A DNA stretch of 58,360 bases, filler included, from Sluysia triapertura (taxonomy: Eukaryota): NCBI GenBank assembly GCA_046118255.1. It is 4 parts of 4 records of this genome, joined end to end, with 100 filler letters (N's around TTAATTAATTAA, not from the genome) between each part and the next. Parts side by side here need not be neighbours in the genome. Positions count along the whole stretch, not along the records: positions 1 to 12,192 come from JBJNIA010130293.1; 3 more parts are not named here. One strand, written 5' to 3'. Shown piece after piece: positions 1 to 10,605 of the stretch. The notes beneath the pieces are model-generated. The model saw only the letters and a list, made by a program, of their open reading frames with translations, was not told where the DNA came from and ran no database searches. A program made the position numbers and the translations under genes. How positions within the stretch are numbered: position 1 is the stretch's first letter; the number at the start of each line of letters is the position of its first letter.

Positions 1-199
1 TATAGAACTATAATTGTAATATAAAGAAGTTGATTTATAGAATTATATTTGTCATATAAAAGATTTGATTTTTGTGATTGTTATAAGAGAATATATCGAG
101 ATTCAGTTTTATTTGATTTTTAGTTATTAAAGAGGAATAATAGTAAACGGATAAACACAACAATTATAAAGTTAAATTTCTATATATTGTAATGAGCAT

Positions 200-1090
200 A
201 AATAGTAAAAATATATATGTGGTGGCTAACATTTTCATTTAAAATTCAAGTCATTATTTTATCACATTTACTAACTTTTTACATTTTACTTTTTCAGAAT
301 CCATTAAAACCTTTTTATGTTTCAAAACATTATAAATTCACAATCTCATAACATTAAAATTATGCGTACATTCAAAACCATTAATGTACATTCCAAATTT
401 TAAGTTCACATTTCTTCAACATTCAATCATTAACACCTTTGAAAACCATTAAACTCACATTTTAAAATCATTCTAATCCAAATAAAATTTTATTTAAATT
501 AATTTTTTATGTTCTAAAAAAGGAAGATTAATTATATCCAAAGAAATAAAGATGTACGTAATTTTATTTATTAATATCTCAAGAAAAAGAATTTTAAGAA
601 TTTAAATAAAGAAAGAAAAGAAAAGGCTTCATGTATAAACAAGATAAAGTTTATGCGTTTTATATTTTTATATAATGTTATTATTATTTTATTCTATTTA
701 TTTATATTAGTATTAGTATTATTAATATTAATATTATTATTATTAAAATCACTTTTATGATCATTATCATTATCATTATATAATTATTATGATTATGATT
801 TTGACACTTAATTATTATTCTCATTTCACAGTTTGTCACCAGTCGACAGTTTAATTAAAAAAACATTTCCGCATATTTTGTTAACTGTCGACTAATCACA
901 GTTGCTTAGTACGTTCGTCTAGTTTGTTGTAGCGTCAATTGCGGCACAACGAATCAATAACTTTATGCAGTATCTATTATTCTGGTTTGATTGGACGTCC
1001 AATCATTACTATTTCGCTACACTTTCATTTCTTGTTATTGGACGCCCAACTGCTGTTGATTCTAACTGCCACTGTTATGGAATTAATAAA
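200..1090 (+). mobile_element. Head cassette copy 1 of an unclassified dispersed element family
   Basis: G-poor tract ~240-480 aligns by eye with the reverse complement of ~8860-9020 (ATAACATTAAAATTA..CATTCAAAA..CCATTAATGYACATT). TTATGCGTTTT at 651. (TTA)n-rich ~670-815. Stem AGTCGACAGTT 841-851 / AACTGTCGACT 883-893. Perfect palindrome TGATTGGACGTCCAATCA 988-1005. Boundaries approximate. Confidence 0.65.
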
Positions 1091-1226
1091 AATTGAACTA
1101 AAGTCAACTCAAAATTAAAGATTATAAATTGGAAAAATTACAAGGTAAAAAAGAGTAGCAATTAAAAAAGATAAAAGTTAAAAATTAAAGAATTATATTT
1201 CAAGTGATTAAAATTAAATACTTCTA

Positions 1227-2918
1227 ATGAATCTTAATAAATCCGTTGCAGAACGTAATGTAAATAACAGTAATGCGAAATATAACGTAAAATCAAATTG
1301 CCGATCTTATAAACATTTTACCAATACAACTTATTATGATCGTGAACAAAAAATGTATCGGTGTCTCTACTACTATTATTACTTCTAGTGATACACCTGC
1401 TTGGCCAAGAATTACAATCGTGCCTTACAATCGTAGATCATTCATTTATTCGTGATTATACTGAAGATAATATTGGGTTACTTGTTGAAGAAAATTTTGA
1501 TACAAAATATTTGACAAAATTAGTAAGCTCTATTAGTAACAAGATGCATTCATGCAACAACTATATGAATGGAAAAGATATTAACAATAACAATGAATGC
1601 GATGATAAAGACAAAACTGATTTTTCGGTTAAATTTGAAAATAATGTTTTTAGATAAAGTTGTTAGTTATCAAGAACTTCATGAAAATCAATATTAAAAT
1701 ATCCGATCTATTATTTATTCTCAAATTAAGAAGCAGATGTATTTATTAAAAAATATAGTGTTATCATTACGAAGCTGAACGTAAACCTGCAGAAGAATGT
1801 AATGTTTTCAATGATGAAATTTTACTTCGTCTCTCAAATGATAAAAGTAAGCAATTTATAAAGATAACTAAACCGAATAAATTTTTTATAAATTCAATAG
1901 TAACATTTAACTTTGTAAAAACTAAAAATCAGTCGCTGTATTACGTTAACGCAAATGTAAGTTACCTATTGTCTTAGATGCTATTGAATTCCATAATAAA
2001 CAGCAGTATCTTTTGTTATCAAAGTCAGATGTTATAATAAATCGTCCAACCGATAAAAGTCGTATTTTTAGCGCTAATGAATTACAAATTATGCCTCATA
2101 AATCCAAATACCGAAAGAGTAATATATATCAACTTAATCAAAATCATTGTTCAACGGTTACATCAAATCTATTTTATAGAAATACTACTGAAACAATTTT
2201 GAATGACTTACATCTCTCGGCAAATCTTGTGTGTAGTATTAACAAAAGCTTAAAACTTAACTCTTACTGATGATAAAGTATCATCTAGACCTGTCAAAAC
2301 AACTATTAATTCCTTAGTTAGACAGTTTTCGCATTGTAAAAGTCGACTTTACATAGTTACTATTTATGAAATTAATTTGTATATGGATAACGCTGATTTT
2401 ATAGAAAGATTAGAACGAGAGCTTATACTTTTAGAAAACTGTAGTGAATTAATAATAACATATGATATGTTAAATCACGGTCTTATGTCTCAAATTGATT
2501 ATGTTAGGTCTGTTATTAACAGTACTATGTCATCATTATTATTTAAGCCAGATATGCATGTAATTTTGTGTAAACATTTAATGCTTCTATTAAAACAAAG
2601 TATTCAAGAATCGAGAAACTCTGATTATTTCCATTTCATTCCTGTTGCTAATGTTACCTTACCCAGTCAAAAACGCATGGCACAATGCCCATCGCAAATA
2701 AATGCATTTGGAATATGCATCGAGTTCGGAAATCCTGTCAGTATTTCCACAATATCTCTGAAATGAATGCGTGTGTCAGCAGACGAATACAGACAAAGAG
2801 TAGATGTTTATTAACAACATTACAATTCGTTTATTGCGACGACAAAATTAAGCATGGAAGTTTCCTAGACCAATTCCAGTATCATGACTATAACTACGAT
2901 CTAGATGATAAACGATGA
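1227..2918 (+). pseudogene. Fragmented coding-like cargo ending in a frameshifted CCCH zinc finger
   Basis: Chain of co-oriented broken ORFs. Joining ORF 2377-2766 to ORF 2685-2918 by restoring one A near 2731 gives C-PSQINAFGI-C-IEFGKS-C-QYF-H-NISEM. Confidence 0.55.
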
Positions 2919-4073
2919 TAAAAGCAATTATAATTTTCTCTTCTTACGAACTTAAGCTTTATCTTTATCATTTAATTTGTAGGACTCCGCAACCAGACCT
3001 AGCCACAACGTATCAAAAAATGGACATTATAACAATTTATTTAAAATCTCTTATGACTTTCGTTATAAAATTTAGTTTTTGTACAAGTAATAATAAAATT
3101 TCACGTTGTTACAAATTACGAAGTATTTATAAAAAGTTTAATAATAAATTTAATGAGCTTTTCATTTAATAATTTAATGAACCTTTAATACATTATATTT
3201 TAATTCTAATAGATAATGTAAAAAACAAATTAATAAACCTCATAACCCCAAAATACATCAAATTAATGCTTATTAAGAGATCATTCTAAACATGTTATTG
3301 AAATTGACGAGTGACGTGTCGCTAACTGCATCGAAAGTTATTATTGAAAATAAGTTATATTTGATTAGATTTATATTCAATTTAAGTTAATATTTTTTGT
3401 ATTGATAAGTATTATTATAACTATGATCTTAAATTTTAATTTTATTATGTTCAAAATATAAGAGTTTGTTTGCCACAAAACTCATTATCTTTGAATAATT
3501 GCTAGATAATGTTAAGACGGAAATTCAACAGAAATTAATGTTTAAATTTGATTAATAAAATTGATCGGTATAAAACCGACTCTCAGAAATAAGCACGTCT
3601 TCCCGACATACATAATAATTAAGTCGAATTCCTGACTTCCTAGCAATTATCTAAATACTATATAAAGAACCACATTTTATTATCATTCCAAACAAAGAAT
3701 ATTATTGTAAGGCTGATTCTGTAGTGGCAAACATTGATTGAATCTTACAAAATCTTTAGAAATCTGACTAAACTTTTACTTTAAGCCAACTTGTTTGTAG
3801 TTAGTTTGGTCTTGAGTTTTTATTATTTATTTATTTTATTTCCGGTACTAACATTTATATGTATTGTGGAAACCCTGAAACTGAATATTATAATTGATTT
3901 TTATTTTAATCAATTATTAAATGTAAAAAGACTGAGTTATATTGAGTTATATATTTGATTTCTACTGTAATATATTATGTTATAGTTACAATATATTGAG
4001 ATCAGACTCATTTAATTTTGTTTTGTAATTATCATCGTTACTTTAAAGAACATTAAATAGGCAGCATAAATTT

Positions 4074-4860
4074 TGGTGCCCCCAGTAAAGTTGCATTATA
4101 ATTATATATAGAATTGTTTCTAAACAAAAATAAGTATATAATTTCATATTTATCATTTTATTCCATATACTAGAAAGAAAAAGGAAATGAATTCTGAATC
4201 TATGATATCTCTGTTCTTCCATTGGAATCTTTTGACGGCAATCCAGAAACTTTATCAAATTTGGTGAATCAATATGAACTTTATGCTGGATTTTTTGGCT
4301 AGGATGAGGATAACTAATGAAGACGTTTTGCACTACATTTAAAAGGAAAAGGCGTTAAAGCTTATTTAAATATCCCTGATGAAAATAAAAATGCATGGAA
4401 AATGTAATCGATGATTTTAGAAATCAAATTTCTCCTAGATTAAGTTAATTTTAAGTTAAAGTTAATTTTAAAAACTTTCGAAATAGGATACAAAATAGTA
4501 AAGAGACCGTCACAAAATTTTTATTTGACTTAAAACAATTAGTCAATAAGGCATATCTCAGTTTTACTCATGATCAAAAAATCGAGTTAATTACTGAAAA
4601 ATTTATTGATGGATGTAAGGAACCAATAAGGATACAACTTTTGATGTTAGATTTAACTAATTTAGATGAGTTAGTGTACAACGCGTCAAATATAGAAACT
4701 AGAAGAGAAATTACGCACCAATCCAATGTGATGATTATTGAGGCTATAATTCGAACAGATATAGATGGACAAATGAATAAATTTTCTAACAGTTAGAGAA
4801 ATTTTAAGTATAATAATTTTTCTGATAATATGCGTTTTCACAATGATGAAAGAAGTTTTA
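4074..4860 (+). mobile_element. gag: Decayed Ty3/Gypsy-type LTR retrotransposon 5' part (PBS-like site plus gag capsid pseudogene)
   Basis: TGGTGCCCCC PBS-like site at 4074. Manual translation with stops and frameshifts: LPLESFDGNPETLSNLVNQYELYAGFFG*..RRFALHLKGKG..FRNRIQNSKETVTKFLFDLKQLVNKAY..ITEKFIDG, a retrotransposon gag capsid pattern. Confidence 0.75.
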
Positions 4861-5854
4861 TAATAATGTCATATGCCAGTATTGATTATTGATTTTATTT
4901 GCATATTTGCACTATATATATATATATATATGCTTTTGTGTGCATAGTAACAATTACTACAATATTCTGAACGTTTAATTTTAATCAATTTTTGAATATT
5001 TAATGTAATTTGGATGTTTTAATTCTAAGTATTTTCTACAAGTATTATATTTTATAATTTTATATTTTAATTTAATAATTTTATAATTTAACATTTTAAC
5101 AATTGAAATTGACTAATAAATATTTCTACACTACTTCGACCTTCACAAAAATAATATAAATAACACACTCACAATATAAATTTCTTAAAAATATTGCTAC
5201 CACGACGCTAAACTTCGAAATTCGTAATATTAATAAATTGGTAATATTAATAAACAACAATTTTCACACTATCTTCGACTACACAAACAAATCCTAATAT
5301 TGAAAAGAAATAGTAACGTTAGTCAATTTCATTATAGGATAGGCAAGGTTTACTTGACGTAAAATCTACTAAAAATCAATTGTCATATTTGTTGATTCAA
5401 CCGTTTACAGGGTTGATGAAATATACTCTTTAAAATTCATTCGAATAAAAATTTTTTTGTAATTTATGTGTCTCTTATACTTTTATCGCCATAATAATTT
5501 TTTGTTATAAAATATATTTTATTTAACACGAGTTATTCTTTCATGCTCTTTATCGAAGTTTAAAATTTATATAGTTACAAAATTAACCTAACATTACCGA
5601 CTGCTAGAATTTTCTGTAATATTAAAATCTAAAAAAATGCAGATTACTCTTTTGAGATCTGACATAAATTATATAGTTTTAATCTGTCATTGCAATTAAA
5701 TTAAATTCTCACACCATCGCACTTTAGCTAGATTATTAACCTCCAAATAGCTATTTTATGCTCTACTTACGTATTAGCCCTTAAGTGAGTAAGTCTAATA
5801 TCGTAAGGGATTCACGTAGGATAAACAATTATAGCATATCTTGCATATAAAAAG

Positions 5855-6549
5855 TGGTGCGCAGAGTGAGGATCAACGTATAAGATAGAATTAACATATA
5901 AATACAACTAAGCATAAGCTTTAAGTAAGATAATATTCTAAGTTATCTTGATCCTTAACGTTGTACTCACCTAAATTATAAGTTTTAACATAATTCACAT
6001 GTTTTTATTAAGTTTGTAAGCTAAGAATTAAAGATTGATACCCAAATTGTAGTATACGAAACCACACAGTAACAATGAATTTACCTAATGATTTTAAAGA
6101 TTACATGGCACAGTTGGCCAAAGATATGTGCCCTTTGATGGTATTACCTGAAATGAGAAAATTTGATGTAGCAGAGGAAGATCTCTGCGATTTCTTATTC
6201 CAATATGAAAGCATCGCCGAAGGAAATGGCTGGAATGAAGCCGAAAAAGTTAATAGAATCCAAAATTATTTAACTGGAGTGGCGATCTAGACAAATAAAG
6301 AGATAAGCAATCTTGATAAGCAATCTTGATAAGCAATCTTGGTAAGTAATCTTGATAAGCAATCTTGATAAGCAATCTTGATAAGCAATCTTGATAAGCA
6401 ATCTTGATAAGCAATCTTGATAAGCAATCTTGGAACACATTTGTAATTGTTTTACCAAGGATATAGCCCTCGTTGACATGGGAAAATAATGCATTAAAAT
6501 GTTAAATTCTAGGGTACAAAAGCTAAACGAATCTGTATATGAATGTGCA
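5855..6549 (+). mobile_element. gag: Second decayed Ty3/Gypsy-type gag fragment with PBS-like site
   Basis: TGGTGCGCAGAG at 5855. ORF 6075-6290 KFDVAEEDLCDFLFQYESIAEGNGWNEAEKVNRIQNYLTG. After the tandem array it continues as SWEHICNCF..LNSRVQKLNESVYE. Confidence 0.75.
6302..6431 (+). repeat. Tandem minisatellite, 10 x 13 bp (GATAAGCAATCTT)
   Basis: Read directly. Nine identical units and one variant (GGTAAGTAATCTT), with no spacers. Confidence 0.97.
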
Positions 6550-6773
6550 TGTTGCGATATAAGTTGTGATTTATGATCTTCATCTTTTGAATTTAATTAA
6601 AATCTGACATTTTTAAGTTTAAATTTTATATAAGCATTAAAGTTTACACATTCTTTGGCACTTTTAATTATTTCAAAGTTTCTCTTAAAGTTAATCGAAT
6701 AAATAAACAATTAATGTGTATTATATTTAGATTCAAAACTTTATTGACAGTTAAATTTAAAATTCGTTTCGTA

Positions 6774-7211
6774 TTAATCCATTCCCTGGCATGGTTCAAT
6801 AGTAATTTCTGCACGGTTTTTAAAGTTATGATATTTGTTATTGTTCAAAGATATTTCTCTCAATGACGAAATGAGTTGTTGAATTCTATGATTATGATTC
6901 GTTAAGTGTGACATCCAGGCGAAGTTATCCGCGAGTTCAGCTGCACTGTGTGCATACAGACAGTTACTACTATACCTTGTACACTTTCCTTCTAGAGTCA
7001 CAGCATATAGACACAAACCAGACTTGAAGTGTCGTGATTCATCGTCCAGATCTGATCGGATTATTTGAGTTCTCATAGTAGAAGTATCAGTTTGAACGAT
7101 GCTCTCTTTTAAAGACCATTCTGAAATAAGTATACTGCTGCTGACTGGAAATTTTGGAGGCATCCAATTTTTAATATCTTGAATTATTTCCGGTCTTCCT
7201 AATAATTTCAA
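6774..7211 (-). CDS. CCCH zinc-finger-containing ORF (element cargo, possibly pseudogenic)
   Basis: FKSGLCLYAVTLEGKCTRYSSNCLYAHSAAEL resembles the TIS11/Roquin/Unkempt-type YKTxLC..GxC..C.FAH..EL finger, with spacing C-x9-C-x6-C-x3-H. Confidence 0.65.
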   Translation of the reverse strand: MKLLGRPEIIQDIKNWMPPKFPVSSSILISEWSLKESIVQTDTSTMRTQIIRSDLDDESRHFKSGLCLYAVTLEGKCTRYSSNCLYAHSAAELADNFAWMSHLTNHNHRIQQLISSLREISLNNNKYHNFKNRAEITIEPCQGMD

Positions 7212-7499
7212 CGATTCAAATTGACAAATTTACAATCGATTATGTTGAATTCGTTTTTTATTTTCCCACATAATGAAGTTATCTTGTAAATTCTTTAATG
7301 TCACATTCGAATCACGCTTATCCAATAAATAACTCATAATAAATAAGTCATTAGTACTGAACTTAAAACGTTTGTGAATAATTTCTAATCGTTTTCATTA
7401 TCAGCAAGTTTTCATAACACTCACAAAATCGTTTTTTCTTGGTTTCAAAATTATTTTTCACTAAACCACTATAAGGAAATAAATTTACTTCAAACTTTC

Positions 7500-7967
7500 G
7501 CTTCAATATATTACATGCATGTCTACTTTTAATAACTTTACTCACTTCCGCCAAAATACGTTCACCACTAATATTTTTACACCATCGACTTTTTGTTTAA
7601 TATCAGATAAAATTCCTTCAACGTGTGAATCGGATTATTTCGAAATTCTTCCAAAAAATCTAAAATATCGTAAAATTCTTAAATAATCTTCTTGAATTCG
7701 ATTAACACTGTTTCAAACAAAACGGATAATATTATTTTCTAAATCTTTAATGCCACCAAAGTAATCATAAATAAAATCATCTTCATCTAAAAATAAAGAG
7801 TTAATAGTTAAATCACAACTTTCGGCATCTATTTTCCAATCTTTTATAAATTGAACTTGTGCTCTGTGGCCATCACTTACAACATCAAATCATAGAGTAA
7901 TTATTTCAAAATTTTCTTTATCATTAATTCTTTGGGATATTGTAACGTGTGATTCGCCATTTGACAT
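7500..7967 (-). pseudogene. TRNT1: CCA-adding tRNA nucleotidyltransferase pseudogene fragment
   Basis: Manual translation: [108 protein letters not shown]..(frameshift)SGERILAEVSKVI. Matches the class II CCA-enzyme motifs FEITTLR, [23 protein letters not shown] and SGERI. Three stops and one frameshift. Confidence 0.92.
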
Positions 7968-8169
7968 ATATTGAAATCTTAATTTTGAAAAATGATCTCT
8001 ATCATTTATTAATTCTTGTACGAACTTTCAATCTGAGCTACATGTCTTCTTTATTGTTTGTTAATTGCCATTCGATGTTTTTAACTTAAATAACGCTAAA
8101 GTAAATTTTTATTATAATGATAAAACAAAAATATAATAATATAAGAAATTTTGACGATAAATCTTTTTC

Positions 8170-9035
8170 ATATTGTGAGTGGCTGCCCAATCAAAACACA
8201 AAAAGCAAACGATATTCATAATTGTAATTGGGAAGTCATCAAAATATTCAGAAACACTGATAGAGAATACATGTAGTGAAGTGTCATCAGTTGACAGTTA
8301 ATAAAGCAATACCAAATGATTTCAAATGCCGGTCGATTAATGGCAGGTTGAGTAATACTGAGTTTTTGCATTTGTTAGAAACACAACCACTAACGAATTA
8401 ATAGTATCACCACTGATAGTGGTAGTTACAAAATTAATAAATTAATAAAATTGTTAATAAATAATGTAGAATTAAAATGATGACAGTAATAATAATAACA
8501 ATAATGTTATTATTATTCTAAAATGCATAAACCTTTTAAAATATAAAGGATATGATCTCCTAATATTTAACTTTCTTATTCTCGACATATTTAAGGTTCT
8601 TAACATATTTGAAGTTCTTAGAATAGTTGAGTATTAAAAAGTTGTGGACTTGTAGAGTTTTAAGTTACCTTCACGGCTTATGTTATACTTCTAAGGTTAT
8701 GAGTTAATAGTTTTTAATGGTTTTTATGAAGTTTTTAATTGTAAGGTATTAATTCTGAAAGTGCATGTGACTCCGATGAGATTAGATTATGAATTTGAGA
8801 TGTTTTCAATTATTTTGAAGGTGTAATTGTAATTCTGATGTTGTTTAATAATGAATGAAATGTTTTAACTTGGTTTTAATGTGCATTAATGGTCTGATTT
8901 TGAATGTAATTTTAATGTTATAAGATGATAGATAATATGTTTTAAATTAATTTTTAAATACACTTTGATGTTTTTGAATAAAAGTAATGTTTGGATGTTA
9001 GAAGAATGTGACTTGAAAATGTATTGAAAAGAGAA
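8170..9035 (-). mobile_element. Head cassette copy 2
   Basis: On the minus strand: G-poor tract homologous to 240-480, TTTATGCATTTT (8520-8531), (TTA)n, GTAACTACCACTATCAGT (8412-8429, identical to 51747-51764), TTAACTGTCAACT, and TGATTGGGCAGCCACTCA (8176-8193). Confidence 0.7.
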
Positions 9036-9039
9036 TAGT

Positions 9040-10605
9040 TTAGTGGATCTGAAGGAGATAAGTTAAAACCCAGGTTTTGGTACATTCTATAAAGGTAGTT
9101 GCGCAATTGTGATTATGATTATGTTGATATGAGACTATGTGTAAAAATGTTTTTAATGAATTTTTTTTAAAATGTACGTTGTAGATTCTAAAAGTGAATG
9201 TGGTTTTGTGTGTTGGTAGAATAAAATTTGTCACAGTTATAGGTTTGCCACCACAAAGTCTCTGAAGATAAAAATGAAACAACATTAGTAGATAAATCAA
9301 AAACTGGTTTACGACCAGAGTTAAGTGTTGGTATTGCCGGGGTATATTATTGTTAGAATTATCGTTAAAATTAAAATCAAATTTATAATTATGATTCATT
9401 AATATTAAACTAGAATTTATTAGTCTTACATTATTAAAAATTGAACGAATAAAATAAACAATAAGATTACTATATTTATCTATAAAACTAAAGTTAAAAT
9501 TCGAATTAATCAAAACTCTATAAAAATGTAATAGTTTAAACTCCCAAAGTCCGTACATTCCTTTAGGATCAAAAAGAAGTAAATCAATACCGAGTAATCG
9601 AAAATTGTAACTGTCAATACTCAAATAGTCAGCTGTTAAATGTAGGATCGATGACCGACGTTCTAATCTGCCGATAGGTTTCCGAATTTCTGGTAATACT
9701 TCAAGGATCCAGTCATGACCTGGAAGGATGTTCTGAGTTTGTATCAAAAATTGATGTAATAAAAATTCTAAATTTAAAATTTGAAGACATTTAAAAACTT
9801 CGACACTGCGTATCATAATATTTTGAAACAGTTCTGCCTGATGAATACTATTATAATAAACAAAAGCACAACATAAATCTTGGGAAATAGTTTCATCAGG
9901 TAAGTAATTTATATCATGCCACAGTTTACTTAATTTAACTGAAGTATTAATCATTTCTACTAAAACTACTTTAATAAATTCATGATCATGAGTTGCATGA
10001 ATTAAATCATAAAAAAAGTAAAATTTAACATTACTAGGGTACATAAGTACCACTACATTATAAAAATTAATATAAAAAGTCAAGACATTATTAGTTAATC
10101 TACACTCCAACGAATTATTATAATCAATAAGGGATTCTGTTACATGACCTTTCATTCGAAACAAACTGTCGGTACCGAACAATAATTCACTGTCTGACCT
10201 TTCGCCACAGTTCTGTCGTGACATCGAGAAAAATTCATCATTATTATCACTAAGACATTCTATCACATCATCTTTTAAATCATAATCACGCTTTCTATCT
10301 AATAGCTTCTTCCTCTCTACCTTAGAACGTTCACATTTTAAAATACCAATAGCTAAACACTTTAAATTACTAATAGCTGAATACTTTAAAATACTAATAG
10401 CTGAACACTTTAAATTACTGATAGTAATAAGAGAAACATGTCTGAATTCAGAACTGACACGACTTTTACTTTCATCTAAAACATGATTTATTAATCTTTC
10501 AGACTCAGCTTGGTCACCTCCTTCTCGAAGTGCATAGTCATTTGTATCTGTCATCATTTCTGCTTTCAGCTCCATCACGTTTGATTCCTTTACAAATTCC
10601 ATCAT
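9040..10605 (-). CDS. 521-aa uninterrupted ORF of unknown function
   Basis: Long stop-free frame in very AT-rich DNA. Internal 24-bp repeat (ISNLKCSA/ISILKYSA/ISNLKCLA/IGILKC). No domain recognised. Confidence 0.5.
   Translation of the reverse strand: MMEFVKESNVMELKAEMMTDTNDYALREGGDQAESERLINHVLDESKSRVSSEFRHVSLITISNLKCSAISILKYSAISNLKCLAIGILKCERSKVERKKLLDRKRDYDLKDDVIECLSDNNDEFFSMSRQNCGERSDSELLFGTDSLFRMKGHVTESLIDYNNSLECRLTNNVLTFYINFYNVVVLMYPSNVKFYFFYDLIHATHDHEFIKVVLVEMINTSVKLSKLWHDINYLPDETISQDLCCAFVYYNSIHQAELFQNIMIRSVEVFKCLQILNLEFLLHQFLIQTQNILPGHDWILEVLPEIRKPIGRLERRSSILHLTADYLSIDSYNFRLLGIDLLLFDPKGMYGLWEFKLLHFYRVLINSNFNFSFIDKYSNLIVYFIRSIFNNVRLINSSLILMNHNYKFDFNFNDNSNNNIPRQYQHLTLVVNQFLIYLLMLFHFYLQRLCGGKPITVTNFILPTHKTTFTFRIYNVHFKKNSLKTFLHIVSYQHNHNHNCATTFIECTKTWVLTYLLQIH

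Noticed and set aside
4043-4333. 96-aa minus-strand ORF
   Set aside because: Antisense shadow of the decayed gag.
6250-6494. Minus-strand ORFs with (IAYQDCLSRLLIK)n repeats, or a CRISPR-like array
   Set aside because: Translation artefacts of the 13-bp tandem repeat. There are no spacers and no cas genes.
7500-7967. Alternative genetic code or TGA readthrough in the TRNT1-like frame
   Set aside because: The TGAs replace different residues (Arg, Gly), and a TAA and a frameshift are also present. CAD uses the standard code with a TGA stop.
8250-8295. Hammerhead ribozyme (CTGATGA on the minus strand, then a CACT/AGTG stem)
   Set aside because: No GAAA directly after stem II and no stem III/UH site. 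The CTGATGA at 41221 fails in the same way.
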